Positions 1-11,551 of a stretch of 64,000 nt of DNA are shown here, piece after piece; positions within the stretch are counted from its first letter, which is position 1, and the number at the start of each line of letters is the position of its first letter. Origin of the DNA: Cyanidioschyzon merolae (Eukaryota); NCBI GenBank assembly GCA_000091205.1, contig AP006495.2, one strand, 5' to 3'. The translations under genes were made by a program, and so were the position numbers. The notes beneath the pieces were generated by a model. The model saw only the letters and a program-made list of their open reading frames with translations. It searched no databases and was not told the DNA's origin.

Positions 1-1
1 T

Positions 2-598
2 CTAGAAGGTGGAGATTTCTTTCCCGCAGGGGATGATCTGTGTTTCATTGGGATCGGTCTTCGAAGCAACCTGGAGGCCGTGCACTACATGCTGGAACAT
101 GACCTTTTCGGAACGCGTCGCGTCGCTGTGGTGAAGGATATGCTCGATCAGAGCCAAGATCGCATGCATCTGGATTGTGTGTTCAATATCATAGGAAGGA
201 AGACCGTCCTTATGTTGGCCGACATCATCGGGTCGCAGTCACCGATCCGGCGAATGGTGGATGAGTACGCTCGTGAATCCGAACAGGATGCGTATCGCCT
301 CGTACGCAGGGATGTGGAATTCGGAGCATACGTGGAGGATCAAGGATTTGAAATTATTCCGCTGAGTTTGGCGGATCAGATGGCCTACGGCTGCAATGTG
401 CTGAACCTTGGCGCCAGTCACATTGTCTCGGTATGTTCAAGTGCAGCACGCAAAATCGTTGCGGATGATCGCTTTACAGGCAATGTAGAGTACCTGGATT
501 TTTCGCAGTGCACGGCGATGTACGGTGCAGCACACTGCGCAACGCAGATTGTTTATCGCAGTCGAGTACCACCGATCTCCTTGGATCACGAACACTGA
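2..598 (+). CDS. Arginine deiminase-like enzyme (amidinotransferase superfamily), partial: the 5' end lies beyond the window start
   Basis: The frame stays open from nt 2 through the ATG at 80, so the gene continues upstream. The translation contains 'GGDFFPAGDDLCFIGIGLRSNLEAV' (the GGD...IGxxxRS motif), 'MHLDCVF' (compare ADI 'MHLDTVF') and a C-terminal catalytic Cys in 'GAAHCATQ' (compare ADI 'GGxRCMS'). Confidence 0.6.
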   Translation, partial: LEGGDFFPAGDDLCFIGIGLRSNLEAVHYMLEHDLFGTRRVAVVKDMLDQSQDRMHLDCVFNIIGRKTVLMLADIIGSQSPIRRMVDEYARESEQDAYRLVRRDVEFGAYVEDQGFEIIPLSLADQMAYGCNVLNLGASHIVSVCSSAARKIVADDRFTGNVEYLDFSQCTAMYGAAHCATQIVYRSRVPPISLDHEH

Positions 599-1342
599 AA
601 TGCGAGCGCTATTCGGTGCTTTCCCGAAGACCGGAGAAGCATGGGTTGCGCTGATAGTTTGGTACGTGGTATTCCGTGAAGATGGCGGGAATTCAGAGCT
701 CATGGTTACAAACGTCCGACTTGTACCAACTACCGCAGTCAGGAGCCGCGTCGCCAGGTCCAAGACATAAACGCGATCGGACACGCACCAGGATTCGCGT
801 GTTCTTCGATCATCTTTTGCATTGTGTTGCAGTAGCGTGAGTTTGCAACATGCGTCCTGTTTCGGGTCTAAGTAACGAGACGGTTCGCTTCCACGGAAAC
901 GCGGGTGACGCAAGCCGTGCGTTTTTCTGTGCGCACGTAGAGATCACACCTCAGCCAGATGAGCATTGCCGGGAAAGTCTGGCAGAAAAATTCACCCGAT
1001 CCCTGAAACTGAGCCTGGTGGCGCTTTGCAAGCGTGCATGCGAAGCACCCGCCTTGTGTTGCTGTACATCGAGCAAGGTCGCCATGTGCCGTGGCAATGC
1101 ACAGGCCTATTTCGGCCGCACTGGTGGTTGCTGGATCCGCATGTCGTATCTCTGGACCCATGAATGTGTGGATGCAGCGAATGCACCTCGATGAGCGAGG
1201 AATCCATGGCAAGAGCCATGAGGCAGTGTCGCGCCCCCTGCCCAGATGACGAGGAGCGCAGGGCACTAGCGCCAGCTGGGCACGCTCTATCCCTCTGGGA
1301 CGCGCTTCTGCGCAGCTTTGAACCAAGCTGTACGGATACTAT

Positions 1343-1834
1343 TCATGAAGAATCATCGCGCGTTTCGTTTTCTGGTGAAACGGTCGGCGGCAGGGCGCCA
1401 ACGTGGCCGTACGGCACCGGTGGCCAACGCGGCGGATCGTAGCCAGAGCCTCCAAGCGGGTTACAGCGTAGGATGCGCCACATCGCCAGCAAAATACCCC
1501 GCACAACACCAAACTCTTCTAATGACTGTACAGCGTAGTCACTACAGCTTGGTACGAAACGGCAAGCAGGTCCTAGGACAGGTGAAATACAGCGCTTGTA
1601 CAGCCGCAGACCGCCTACGAGTGTTTTGCGAACGGGCGCCAAGGCATCACGTTGCCGACTCGAGAGATTCACTCGTTGCTGAAAAGGTTGTTTTGCCCTT
1701 CGGAGAGCTGCAAACCGGTTATGACGCTCTATTTGCGTCGTAGCCCCAGGTGACAAAAACATGCTTCTCGAGAACAGCATGTCCAGACTAGATTCTAGAG
1801 GGTTACGGCTTCGCGTCCTCAAGGCGCAGTGCAT
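1343..1834 (-). CDS. YidD / membrane protein insertion efficiency factor homologue (UPF0161); bacterial-type, probably organelle-targeted
   Basis: The ORF 1343..1897 contains '[44 protein letters not shown]', which matches the YidD consensus C-F-PSCS-YA...G...G..L...RI-RC-P-GYDP. The start is uncertain; I placed it at the internal Met at 1834 because the first Met overlaps the tRNA at 1890. Confidence 0.55.
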   Translation of the reverse strand: MHCALRTRSRNPLESSLDMLFSRSMFLSPGATTQIERHNRFAALRRAKQPFQQRVNLSSRQRDALAPVRKTLVGGLRLYKRCISPVLGPACRFVPSCSDYAVQSLEEFGVVRGILLAMWRILRCNPLGGSGYDPPRWPPVPYGHVGALPPTVSPENETRDDSS

Positions 1835-1889
1835 CACACCACCATGAACCTCTTTATATTCTGAAATTGGCGCCTCTAGGCTACTCAAC

Positions 1890-1983
1890 GGCGGCATGGG
1901 CTATGGCGTTATTGGCGCTCGCTCCGGTGGTATGCTGTGGACTTTGGGTGTCTGCGACTCGGGTTCGATTCCCGATGCTGCCC
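1890..1983 (+). tRNA. tRNA-Pro (anticodon UGG) gene carrying a roughly 22-nt insertion (putative non-canonical intron) in the D-loop
   Basis: Acceptor GGCGGCA (1890-1896) pairs with TGCTGCC (1976-1982) using one G-U pair. U8-G9 follow, then D-stem GGCT/TGCT. The D-loop is 30 nt and ends in GGTGGTA. Anticodon stem TGGAC/GTCTG flanks the loop TTTGGGT (U33, anticodon TGG, G37). T-arm is TCGGG-TTCGATT-CCCGA. The discriminator C is followed by TTTT, a Pol III terminator. Total length is 94 nt against a canonical 72-73. Confidence 0.6.
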
Positions 1984-2717
1984 TTTTGATCTACCCTTAC
2001 TTGGACCACGCATCCGTCCTTGAGCACCCCACACCCCATATGTTTTTGGTGCAAGTTTTCTCGGTTTTATTCGAATACCCCCGGGAACGCGAGCAGTTCG
2101 CGGCGTGCAAGCACACCGGGGCTTCGCGGACGCCCTACCGTTGAACCGCAAGCCTGTCGCCAGTTCCGCAGTCGCAACCCGGCGCTCTGCAGCAAGTCGG
2201 GCGCGCTTCCGCTGCCTACGCGTCACGCAAGTCGGTGTAGTCTCTCCAGGTTCAGCGACGCGAGGCCTCCGGTCAAGGATGGATGCACGTACGTACGCAC
2301 GCTCGCACGTGCGCACGAAGCGAGAGAAAGGAAACGCGTACCAGCCGCGTTCGCTCGAAAGACTGCTCCAGTGCAAGTCCCTCGTAGACCTATAACCTGA
2401 AACTGGTGCGGCAACGAACTGCGAGCGCTCTCATAAAAGGCACGTGCAAAGCATTTACCAGATACATGGAGCGGCTCAGTGTGAGCCCAGGCGTGCCAAG
2501 GAAACCCCAAACCCACTAGAATCACGATGACTTGCGCAGTTGCCGAGCAAGATTTGTGCACTCGAACTTCATCCAGACGCTCGAGTAGTGCGCTCCAGAC
2601 ACCACTGCAAGAGTGCCAATAGGCACCGATGTTTGCGTCAGCACCGCTGTGTGCTCGCCTTCGAGGCTCAGTAGCAAGCATTCGCTGGGCGCGTTGCCAG
2701 TACCGCCCTGCTTGAGT

Positions 2718-5700
2718 CTATGAAAGCGCAGCGTTCGTGCTAGGCAACAAGCGCCCTACCTGCAACACCTCCGTGTTGTACGAACCGCACTGAGGGCATT
2801 TGTTATAAAGGAAATGGAACTCGACGAGACTGCGTGCGCTGCAATCATTACAGAAAATACGCGCTGGGATGCCGCGATACTCGGGTGGCATCGGCTCGTC
2901 ACGCAAGCGCGCCGCAAAGTACGCAGACATGTCTGCAAGCGACTTTTTGCAGAGCGGACATCGATAGTCCGCAGCAGCGTAGCGGCGATAGCAGCTTGCG
3001 TGCATCAGGTGCCCACAACGCAAAAACTTAATCGGATTCGTAGATGTAAAGAGGTACTCGCCGCACACGGGGCAGTCCGATTCGAGACTGTGCTCCATAC
3101 AGCGATGACTCTTCGCACTGGCCGTGGACATGCACGCATTGCACTTCATACAATGGAAATAGTCAATACCAAGACCTTTGCCGACGCGGCAGACATTACA
3201 GTAGCCACAATGATAGATATCCCGATTGGGCGCATCGTCGTAGAGCTTGCAAATGAGACAAACGTAGTGCGCGAAACGTTCCCCACAGGAACTGCATACC
3301 TCCGCAGGCGCCTGCTCCGTCAGGCACCGCATACAGAGAATTCGTTCCACTGCGTAGCGGTCCATGACGTGGTCATTCACTTCATCGTGACAAAGTCGAC
3401 ACGTGTAGTAGACCTGGCAGCAGGGCGCAAGCAGTCGACATGCCCGCGCATAGTGTCGACAACCGAGCTGGCCCGGCGAGGAGTCCGTCTTGCTACCCGG
3501 CCGGTACATGCGGCAGATGCCGCGGCCCTGTGGATCCGTTGACGCACGGGGACTGCTGTTGTTGTTGTTGTTGGTGGTGTTGGTGTTCTTGATCAGCGCT
3601 TCCGCATCACCCCAGGTGCAGCTACGTGCACTGGACGATGAGGATGCGGCATGTTCCGCAGGCGGCTGCAGCTTTCGACGACGCCACTGCGAGATCATGA
3701 CGTTCTGCATCAACATGGTGCGTTCTCGCTCGGACAGCGTCTCATCCCGGGCAATAGATCGAATCGCTCGCTCGACATCTCCCATGGCGCGGCGAATGTA
3801 GCCTTCAGCGGCAGCCTCGTATTTTGCGGAATCCATGTCGCGTCCATGCGCTGGGGTTGCAACAATACTCGCGTTCCCTCCCGGCCCCGTTGCATCAGCT
3901 TGCCGCGTCCCGCCGACAAGTTCATCGAAACCTTTGAACCACGTCCGCAACCACTGTGCGAACATGGTCGAGCGCGTAATTGTCAGAATATGCTGCATCA
4001 TGTTGGCGCTCTCGTGTCGACTGAGAACGCGCACCAGCCAGGGCAACAGCTCCTGCATCCGCGATGCCGGTATCTGGCCAAAAACCTGGCCAACAATCTG
4101 CGTCTGCTCATCTGCTGAGAACTTTTCCGCCAGAATTGGCCAAAGAACGACCTCCTCTCGTTCGAGATGATGCATGAGGTCAACCCGCAGCGCACGAACA
4201 ATGCCGCGCAGTTTCCGTATGAGCGAGCGTGTCTCCGCAGCAGTTCCGGCGCACTGAATATCCAACAGCGTTTGCAACAAGCGCCGAAAGAGCTCCTGTT
4301 CACAATGGTGGTCCGTTTCGTACTCCTCAACGATGCCGTGCACGCGCTCCGCGAGAGCGGGTAACACCACCCGATCCTCCGCATTGGAGTGATCTCTGAC
4401 CATGCGCTCGAGAAAGGCAAAACGCTCCCGCAGCGTCGTTAAATGTCGCGGATTCAGGGATTCTGGGTCTAGTTTGAGCGCCGCGTCCGCAAGTGCCTGC
4501 AGATCAACTCGAATCGCTTTGTGAACCCGCATGATCTCGGCAAGTGGTCCGGAATAGAGTCCACTCTCGGACTCTATTCCGGAGTGATTGCGTATCTCTG
4601 GAACACGGCGTGCAAGCTCGTACCAGTTTCTACCATCCAAAACACCCATGTGCACGGATTTCGCCACGGACTCGATGAGTCGTGCAAACTCCTGCCGAGA
4701 CATCGAGCGGAGAAGATTTCTAACCAAGGTCTCCTGTTCGGCGATCGAGAGTGACCCCAGGAGCCACGGCATCATGACGCGAAGGGCGTCTTCCGGGATT
4801 TTCCGTCGAACCTCGCGCACGAGACGATCCTGCTCGAGAACCGGGTAGTGTCCTTCCAGACGCGGCAGCAGGCGTGATTCCTCACTCGCCATATGTCGAA
4901 GTAGATGCCCACAGAGACTGCGAACGCGGGAGCGCAGTTTCGACATAAGCGGCGGACGCTGCTCCGCCGACGCAGCGCAGAGCTTCTCCACATCGCAGAG
5001 AAGCTCGTAGAATATGGAATCTTCTGTATGATGATCTCCGTGAATAAATTCAGCGAATTCTCGGTCTCCTTTGCGTAACTCTGGTAAAAAAACTGCGTCC
5101 TCACTCTGGGAATGTGCTGCATGCATCAGACGGAGAAAGCGCACCTGTTTGGCGAACGAACGAAGTTGCAACTCATCTGACGGGTCGACGTCGTCGATGG
5201 CCTGCTGCAAGTCTTCCAGCGCATGCCGAAACGCCATATGAATATGACGAATTTCCATCAGTGGTCGTAGTTGCGATTCCGCAGCCTCGGTGAGACCAGG
5301 AACGTGTTCGCTCAGCTCTTGAAACTCCTCCGGCGACATATCCTGGGCAACGTGGCCCGCTACGCTTGCAAACTGCTCAACAGATGCATACTGCTTCAGC
5401 AGCACGAGAAAGTAACTGCGCTCTGCCGTGGATGTAAGCTCCCGCAGTGATTTGAGCACCAATCGCGTCTGCGTCTCTTCAGGCATGGCAAAGATGATCT
5501 TGACCAGCAGCTGGCCCTGCTCGTCGGGCGTCAGGCATGAACTATCCCAGATATAGGGTGTCATTGCCTCTTCCTCTGCGTCGAGGTGGAGAAACACAGC
5601 GTCCCGAAGTTGTTCCCACTCGGCTCGCGACGGCCAAGTATCCGCGGCTTTCAAGTGTCGCTCGAGAGCCTCCATTTTTTCGTGTAACTCCATAAAAACT

Positions 5701-6074
5701 GCTGAATTGTGGCACGCTGCACCCTCGTTTTGCTCCAGGATGCGGCAACCCTTTCGAACGAGCACTGGAAGAAGTACGTCGTCTTCGGACGAGCAGTGGT
5801 GTCTCAGAATGTGACGCAGCGACTCGAGTTGCGCAGCAAGTTCCTCGCGTTCGTGCTCAATCACCGAACCGCCCGGTGGAACACTCTCGAGGAGTTCCAA
5901 AAGCTGCTCCAGGTCGTGCCGGATCGCTCGGTGAAAGTGAAACAAGTGCAGCAGTGGAGGCGCCTTGAATTGGGCACTACCGTTTTGACGGCTGCGTTTC
6001 GGTGGCAAGCCGTCACCCGAAGACCCGCCAGCTGCAACTTTTGCGTCTGAATGTGGCCTCCGTTTCGAGGGCAT
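2718..6074 (-). CDS. Hemerythrin-domain / CHY zinc-finger / RING-H2 E3 ubiquitin ligase (BRUTUS/HRZ-like iron-sensing architecture), 1118 aa
   Basis: The N-terminal and middle regions contain repeated hemerythrin-type His/Glu motifs (HxxxE, for example 'HFHRAIRHDLEQL' and 'HIHMAFRHALEDL'). The C-terminus carries a Cys/His-rich CHY and CTCHY zinc finger, a RING-H2 ('CPVCGEYLFTSTNPIKFLRCGHLMHASCYRRY...CPLC') and a zinc ribbon. The ORF is uninterrupted. Confidence 0.8.
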   Translation of the reverse strand: MPSKRRPHSDAKVAAGGSSGDGLPPKRSRQNGSAQFKAPPLLHLFHFHRAIRHDLEQLLELLESVPPGGSVIEHEREELAAQLESLRHILRHHCSSEDDVLLPVLVRKGCRILEQNEGAACHNSAVFMELHEKMEALERHLKAADTWPSRAEWEQLRDAVFLHLDAEEEAMTPYIWDSSCLTPDEQGQLLVKIIFAMPEETQTRLVLKSLRELTSTAERSYFLVLLKQYASVEQFASVAGHVAQDMSPEEFQELSEHVPGLTEAAESQLRPLMEIRHIHMAFRHALEDLQQAIDDVDPSDELQLRSFAKQVRFLRLMHAAHSQSEDAVFLPELRKGDREFAEFIHGDHHTEDSIFYELLCDVEKLCAASAEQRPPLMSKLRSRVRSLCGHLLRHMASEESRLLPRLEGHYPVLEQDRLVREVRRKIPEDALRVMMPWLLGSLSIAEQETLVRNLLRSMSRQEFARLIESVAKSVHMGVLDGRNWYELARRVPEIRNHSGIESESGLYSGPLAEIMRVHKAIRVDLQALADAALKLDPESLNPRHLTTLRERFAFLERMVRDHSNAEDRVVLPALAERVHGIVEEYETDHHCEQELFRRLLQTLLDIQCAGTAAETRSLIRKLRGIVRALRVDLMHHLEREEVVLWPILAEKFSADEQTQIVGQVFGQIPASRMQELLPWLVRVLSRHESANMMQHILTITRSTMFAQWLRTWFKGFDELVGGTRQADATGPGGNASIVATPAHGRDMDSAKYEAAAEGYIRRAMGDVERAIRSIARDETLSERERTMLMQNVMISQWRRRKLQPPAEHAASSSSSARSCTWGDAEALIKNTNTTNNNNNSSPRASTDPQGRGICRMYRPGSKTDSSPGQLGCRHYARACRLLAPCCQVYYTCRLCHDEVNDHVMDRYAVERILCMRCLTEQAPAEVCSSCGERFAHYVCLICKLYDDAPNRDIYHCGYCNVCRVGKGLGIDYFHCMKCNACMSTASAKSHRCMEHSLESDCPVCGEYLFTSTNPIKFLRCGHLMHASCYRRYAAADYRCPLCKKSLADMSAYFAARLRDEPMPPEYRGIPARIFCNDCSARSLVEFHFLYNKCPQCGSYNTEVLQVGRLLPSTNAALS
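3556..3588. repeat. (GTT)n/(TTG)n trinucleotide repeat inside the coding sequence (encodes a poly-Asn/Thr tract of the E3 ligase on the minus strand)
   Basis: The repeat is visible as 'ctgttgttgttgttgttggtggtgttggtgtt'. Confidence 0.9.
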
Positions 6075-9000
6075 CGCTCAGCTTGCCTTGGTGGAGCCCG
6101 GTTCCACTCCAGTCAGTTCGGCAGTGCTGGGCAGGGCTCAAAGCGCGTCTTGTGTTAGTGCTGCACTCGCCTCTGGTGACGCACGTCGCGAATACGTGGG
6201 AGCTACGTTCCCGACACTGCGGCCTGGAAGACCCAGAAATGAACGGATTCGCACGGCTGCGAGACACGATCTCGCTGTCGCCTGTTGTTAGGTTCCGGTT
6301 GGACGCTGAGCAGTGAATACTGGAACACACAGGTGCCAGCACGCCTTTTTTGCTTTCTTTCGTTTTCCTGGTAGGTATTCAACGAAAGGATGCGTCCTGG
6401 AGCATGGAGAAATGTTGTGCACAGACGGAATACTGCCACTGCTGGTATAGGGAACGGCGAGCTTTGTTGTGTGCAAGTCATTCTTTCTGGTGTCAGCAGG
6501 TGGATGAAGCACCCTTCTCGTAGTCTTTACTCGGAACCTTGTGTAACTAGAGAGAAATTCTCAGACTCTATCTACAAGACTGGCTCCTTTTCAAGCCGTT
6601 CCACTCTGTACGCTCTGTGGGATAGACGATCGAAGAATCCAGAGGGCAAGAAGTTTCTCTGCCGTTGCGAGCTGCGGTAATGAATGGACGAGGATAGACA
6701 CAGAAGGAAGCGCTCCGCTATGCGAGGACTTGTTCCGCTAAATACAACACACTCTCGATTTCGTAGTGAAACGCCTACGCTTTGTGCTGGAGCGATAGGT
6801 GTCCGTCTCACTTTATGAGACGTTATAGGGGAAAAATAGCAGACTTCTATAAGAGTACCCTGATAGGGGTAGATGGCTGTTTGTGGGGAACAAACAGGCG
6901 AGCGTAACGGCAACATCAGCCCTGTCGGCAACTCAATGACATGGTCGCCTGCGAACCGCCAAAAGGTCACGATCATTCAGCACCTCATGCTGCGGTGAAG
7001 ACCGTTGCAACCTCTTCCCATATTCTTCTATTCTCTTCTGAGGCAACATCGCATTCCATTCCTCAAAAGCGGTCAAGAAGCATGCAGTTGAGACTGGGGT
7101 TGCGCTGTTTATCGTGCAAGCGCGCGCTCTCTCTGGATGAATCCAGTCGATGGCGTCTCTTCCGTTGTCAATGTCTTTTTGAACGCGCACTTGTCTAGGA
7201 ACGAATCGCCCGCATCCGTGAAGCCGAGGCTCTACGAAAAGTCGCCCTCTACCGTTACCAGCCTTGAACTGCAGCGATTTTTCTCTGCTCGAGCGCAGGT
7301 TGGGGCGGAAATTCGCGCGTCCTTCCGTGGCGTGCTCGCTAAGGAGAAGGTGACGAAGACATCCCCGATAAATCGTAGGTCCCGGAATCGCATACGCACG
7401 ATTCAGTGCCATCGTCTACCCCGTGCGTCTCAGTCCTAGAGCGAAAACGGATATACAGTACAATGACTACACCAACGTCGCCCTGTCAAGTGAAGGAGCA
7501 ACGCGAGGAAACCACCAGACAAGAAATAGGGTGAGCTCCCCGAGGAGAGGGCGAGAAGCGGCAGAAAGGAGCAACTACCGAAGCAGAAGGATCCGTCAGC
7601 AACGGTTTTCAAGGTCTCCCTACGAAAACTTGTTCACGGGGATGAGCTTCCAAAAAGTGGGATGCAGGACGTCATGAACGGTCGCCTAGATTCCCTCGCC
7701 TCGACGCACCTTGGCAGGTAACTTTGCGTAAGATGTTTCAAGTCAGTTTGTCAGCTGTTAACATTGCTCCAGAATTTTCCGACCAAATATTTCTGATGCA
7801 GCATAAATGATACTCGAGACAGACTATGTATTGCGCCCTGAGCGTCGGATCAGAGACTTGTGTGCAAATGCTTCCCAGAATATCTCGACGAGTTGCCGCG
7901 TTACTCCGCGATCAGAGCATCCACAGCGTACGTACCGAAAACTATCAAACCAATCTCCTCGGAAACCGTACACGGGTCCGTGTCGAGCGCTCCATGAGGA
8001 GCACCCTTTGGATATTGTACCTTCACTGTTCTGGTCCAGAAAAGTAGAGCCTGATGAATGTTATGCTTCGTAGGTCGTGAGAGGTACATGACCAGCTCGC
8101 GGCCAGTTTGTAAGAAATGACGCAACGAGATCGACGCTCGCTGCTCATCCTCCCAAGGCCATGGTGTTTTCCTCGATTATGGACCAACAGACATCGCGTC
8201 CAAGTGATATCTGAAACGTGATGCATGCCTTGCTTGCAGTTTACACTTCGAACTCTTCGTGAACAGGGCCGTCCAGCGCAAATCACACTGGCTCCCGGAA
8301 TCTGGTCAAAGTCGCCGCCTAAAGCATCTGTTCGATGTAGTCCCCGTATCGTCAGATCCAGGTTCATGATATGACGATAGGCTGAATGGTTTACTGTTCG
8401 ACGTGGTCCCCCTAGTGAGCTGCGGCTGATCTCTGCGGACAGTAACGAGGCAGTCGAAAATTTTCACGAAAAGCATTCGCGATGCTCGTTCAAGGACTCT
8501 CGTTTACTGGGAGGATACGAAAAGGTTTACCGGTACAGCAGACATCGACGGTTCAGCAGTCTATGCGTACTTCGTGAAACGAGAACCTGGGCGGAGAAAC
8601 GAGACTTCGTCTCTAGCTTTCAAGGTAGAAGAAGGGAAAGACTTGTTAGTGAGCGTGGGTTTCGGGTTGAAGAACATCATAGCCGCCGCTGTCCCTGTAA
8701 CCACAGGGGATATAGCCAAGGACCTCAAAAGGAAAACACAGGCAACTGGTCATCTATTCGGGGGATCGGTATTATCGAGACTCGGGCATGGCAGACGCCA
8801 GGGCCCATCTCGGCGATCTGAGAACTGTATCCAGCAGATGCGAATGTTTTGTACGCTTCATCCAGAGAGCGTACACAGACGCCGAAATAGCTCATGCGGA
8901 CGGTCTTTGGCAAGCGTATATGAGACTGCACTCGGGTAGCTAACGATCTGCGTTCGACGGAGGCAAGAAGCGTGCATTTGCCAATCTGCTGGATGCATTG

Positions 9001-10765
9001 GAAAATTGGAACGAGCGCAAAGTCGTGTCGTTTGCCACTGATGGTAACCTATCCCAGTGGACGTGCTGAGGTGCGCGAATGCTGCACGCCGCTTCCTTCG
9101 ACGAGGGCGTACATGGAATGCAGGCATCGATCCTGCACGAATACCGTCGATTAGGTCAGGTCGAAATGAACGAATCACGAGCATGTGCGCATGCTGAAAC
9201 CAGCAGAGAAGAGGAGCGTGAAACACAGACCAGAGCATGAGATGGTATACGGCACCCAGACGGAACGTAAGATGATGAAGTAATCGAATGGAAGAGGCTT
9301 GCAGTAGTATGATCCCAATGGCTCATATGCCAGCAGGCGCTGTCGGCTTCGACATTTGAACGCCTCGATCAACATCCGGATATGTGTACTGGTTCTGGCC
9401 CGTCCACTGACTCTGTGTCAAATGAAGTGTCGATGTGATACTTTCGTATCCTGAATGGGCATTGTGCTGAAACGCATAAGACGTGCGATGAAATCAAGAC
9501 TAGGAGAGAGGGGCATCGGATTCTCGCCCCAACCAAAGCCGCTGGAATGGTGCAGTTCTGGAATCCAACGAGCCTGAAGCGTCGCATATGTGCACCGGCA
9601 ACTGTTGTCTTCGGTTCTGGTGAACAATAATGGTGTTGGGGTATTTGCTATCATTGAGTACACTGCCGAAATTGGTGTACAATGGTTGCAAACCAAGTTC
9701 ATGAACACTTGTAGATGCGTTTTAGTCGGTTGGCGGGCGTCAAATCATCGAGCTCAAGTCGATTTGCCAGTGACCGGAATAGACCGCGCCCGTACCCCGA
9801 CCCGGTGCAGAGCGTATGAACTTAGGTAGCCGCAACCGCAGCTGCACCTACCCCAGTCGCGGAGCGCTGTCGGAGACGTTTAGAGCACAGACGCTATCAA
9901 GCTTGCAGCCACATTCAGTACAAGAAGCGCGCCGCTTGTCGACACCGGGCCCACGTTCGACTGCGGCATATGCAATACAAGTTGTACTTCACGCTGATCG
10001 CACGCCCAACCGGGGGGAACTGTGGCGCCTCACGACCAGTGACGCACACCAGGATATCGAGAGGTGTACGTGTGTAGCCTCTTCTCTGGTCTATGCGGTA
10101 ACGCGGGACTATATATGGATATTGCGCCAGCGGCTTTGAGTTGCATTGCGGCATGGAATGCAGTGCGCGTTGGTGTCACCCCATGCTCACGGTAAGCCTG
10201 GAGCAGAGAGCACTCGGCTTGTAACCTCTGCAACACGAAACACTGTTTCTTCGATGGTCCTACGCGAATCCGAGCAACGCCCTGGTTCGCTTTCTGAACG
10301 CCAGCTGTGGCTCGCTGTCGCGGTTGTACCGCGGTCGGAGCGTATCCGTTTACGCATGAGCGCATGAGCCTGCGCATGCAGCGTTCTGCTCGGCCAGCAG
10401 TTCCATATGCAATTCCAAAGCGCATCCTTTTTGTATTTGCCGGGCGCATGGCATGCCTTTCGGCCGGTGTGGCACGGACGTGGTGAGCTCCCGGGTAGGA
10501 CGCATCAAACCTGCGAAATGACAACGTATTTGCATCTTTCTATGCAAGCGCACCTCATCCGGCACGACCGCCGCAGCACCTGCCACGGATCATGGCAACT
10601 TGTCCGGTGTACTGCAATCTCTATTCAACTGGCATTCGGCGGCTTCAACGGTAACGCATGTGAAGCATGCCCAACTATCTGCCGCATCACACCTTTGAGG
10701 CAAGACCGTTGTCGCGTTTTATCACCGATACCACGCATGCAAAGCGTATAAGGTCCGGTGTGTGC

Positions 10766-11551
10766 TCAGGAGGCTGGCGCTTCGCCCAGAGTCCCTTTCC
10801 CGTAGCCCCGGACGCGGTTCGTCTTCCGTGTCGAGCCAGGTACGAGCTCAGCGCAGGCTCCCCGATACTCGTAGAACTCCCTCAGAATAACGCAGGCAGA
10901 TTCCGCATCAATTTGTCGTTCGATGCGTCTGCGAGAGCGGATAGCGTTCGCCTCGAGAACGGCTCGCGCCTCTTGTGTGGAGAAGCACTCGTCCCACAAG
11001 TACACAGGGAGCACAGTTGCCTTTGCCAGTTTCTCCGCAAAAACCCTTGTCTCTCGACTCTGATCACTTTCGAGGCCATCACTATGAAGAGGTAGTCCAA
11101 CGACAATCTGATCGACGGCTTCTTGCAGCGCCAGGTCCAGCACGTCTTCAATGAGTCGGTCAGGCACCGTGGATTTCCTACCTTGACCACGATTTCTATT
11201 GCCCTCTATTTTCACCTTATTTTGAGGTCCAGTGGCTACTCGGTGCGCATTCGGTAAACATCCGAGTGGCCGTGGCGCAAAGCCCACCGAAACCGCTACT
11301 CCGACCCGCCGGAAGCCATAGTCGATGCCTAACGAGCGACGGCCTATTTGGGCAATGTTCTCAGCAGAGAGAAGTATGGCCCCTGGAATAAAACAAAAGC
11401 AATAGGACATCCGACGTGGCATAGACTGAAGCATACTGGAGCAGCAGCTGCAGCTGCTCCTGTCCGTGTGAACAAGCACTGCCTGTAAGCGAATCTGGGA
11501 ACACTGCTTAGACCACTTGGGGACGCAAGTTGCGGTACCTGGCCCGGGCAA
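10766..11551 (-). CDS. YqgF/RuvC-like Holliday-junction-resolvase family protein (putative pre-16S rRNA nuclease); bacterial-type with an N-terminal extension
   Basis: 'SLGIDYGFRRVGVAVS' matches the YqgF N-terminal motif. 'IVVGLPLHSDG' and 'REFYEYRG' are typical of YqgF/RNase H-like proteins. About 70 aa precede the domain, which is consistent with a targeting peptide, so the start is uncertain. Confidence 0.6.
   Translation of the reverse strand: MPGPGTATCVPKWSKQCSQIRLQAVLVHTDRSSCSCCSSMLQSMPRRMSYCFCFIPGAILLSAENIAQIGRRSLGIDYGFRRVGVAVSVGFAPRPLGCLPNAHRVATGPQNKVKIEGNRNRGQGRKSTVPDRLIEDVLDLALQEAVDQIVVGLPLHSDGLESDQSRETRVFAEKLAKATVLPVYLWDECFSTQEARAVLEANAIRSRRRIERQIDAESACVILREFYEYRGACAELVPGSTRKTNRVRGYGKGTLGEAPAS

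Noticed and set aside
2814-3542. 242-aa plus-strand ORF
   Set aside because: It is embedded antisense inside the 1118-aa hemerythrin/CHY/RING gene. It has no motifs and is an artefact of GC-rich codon usage.
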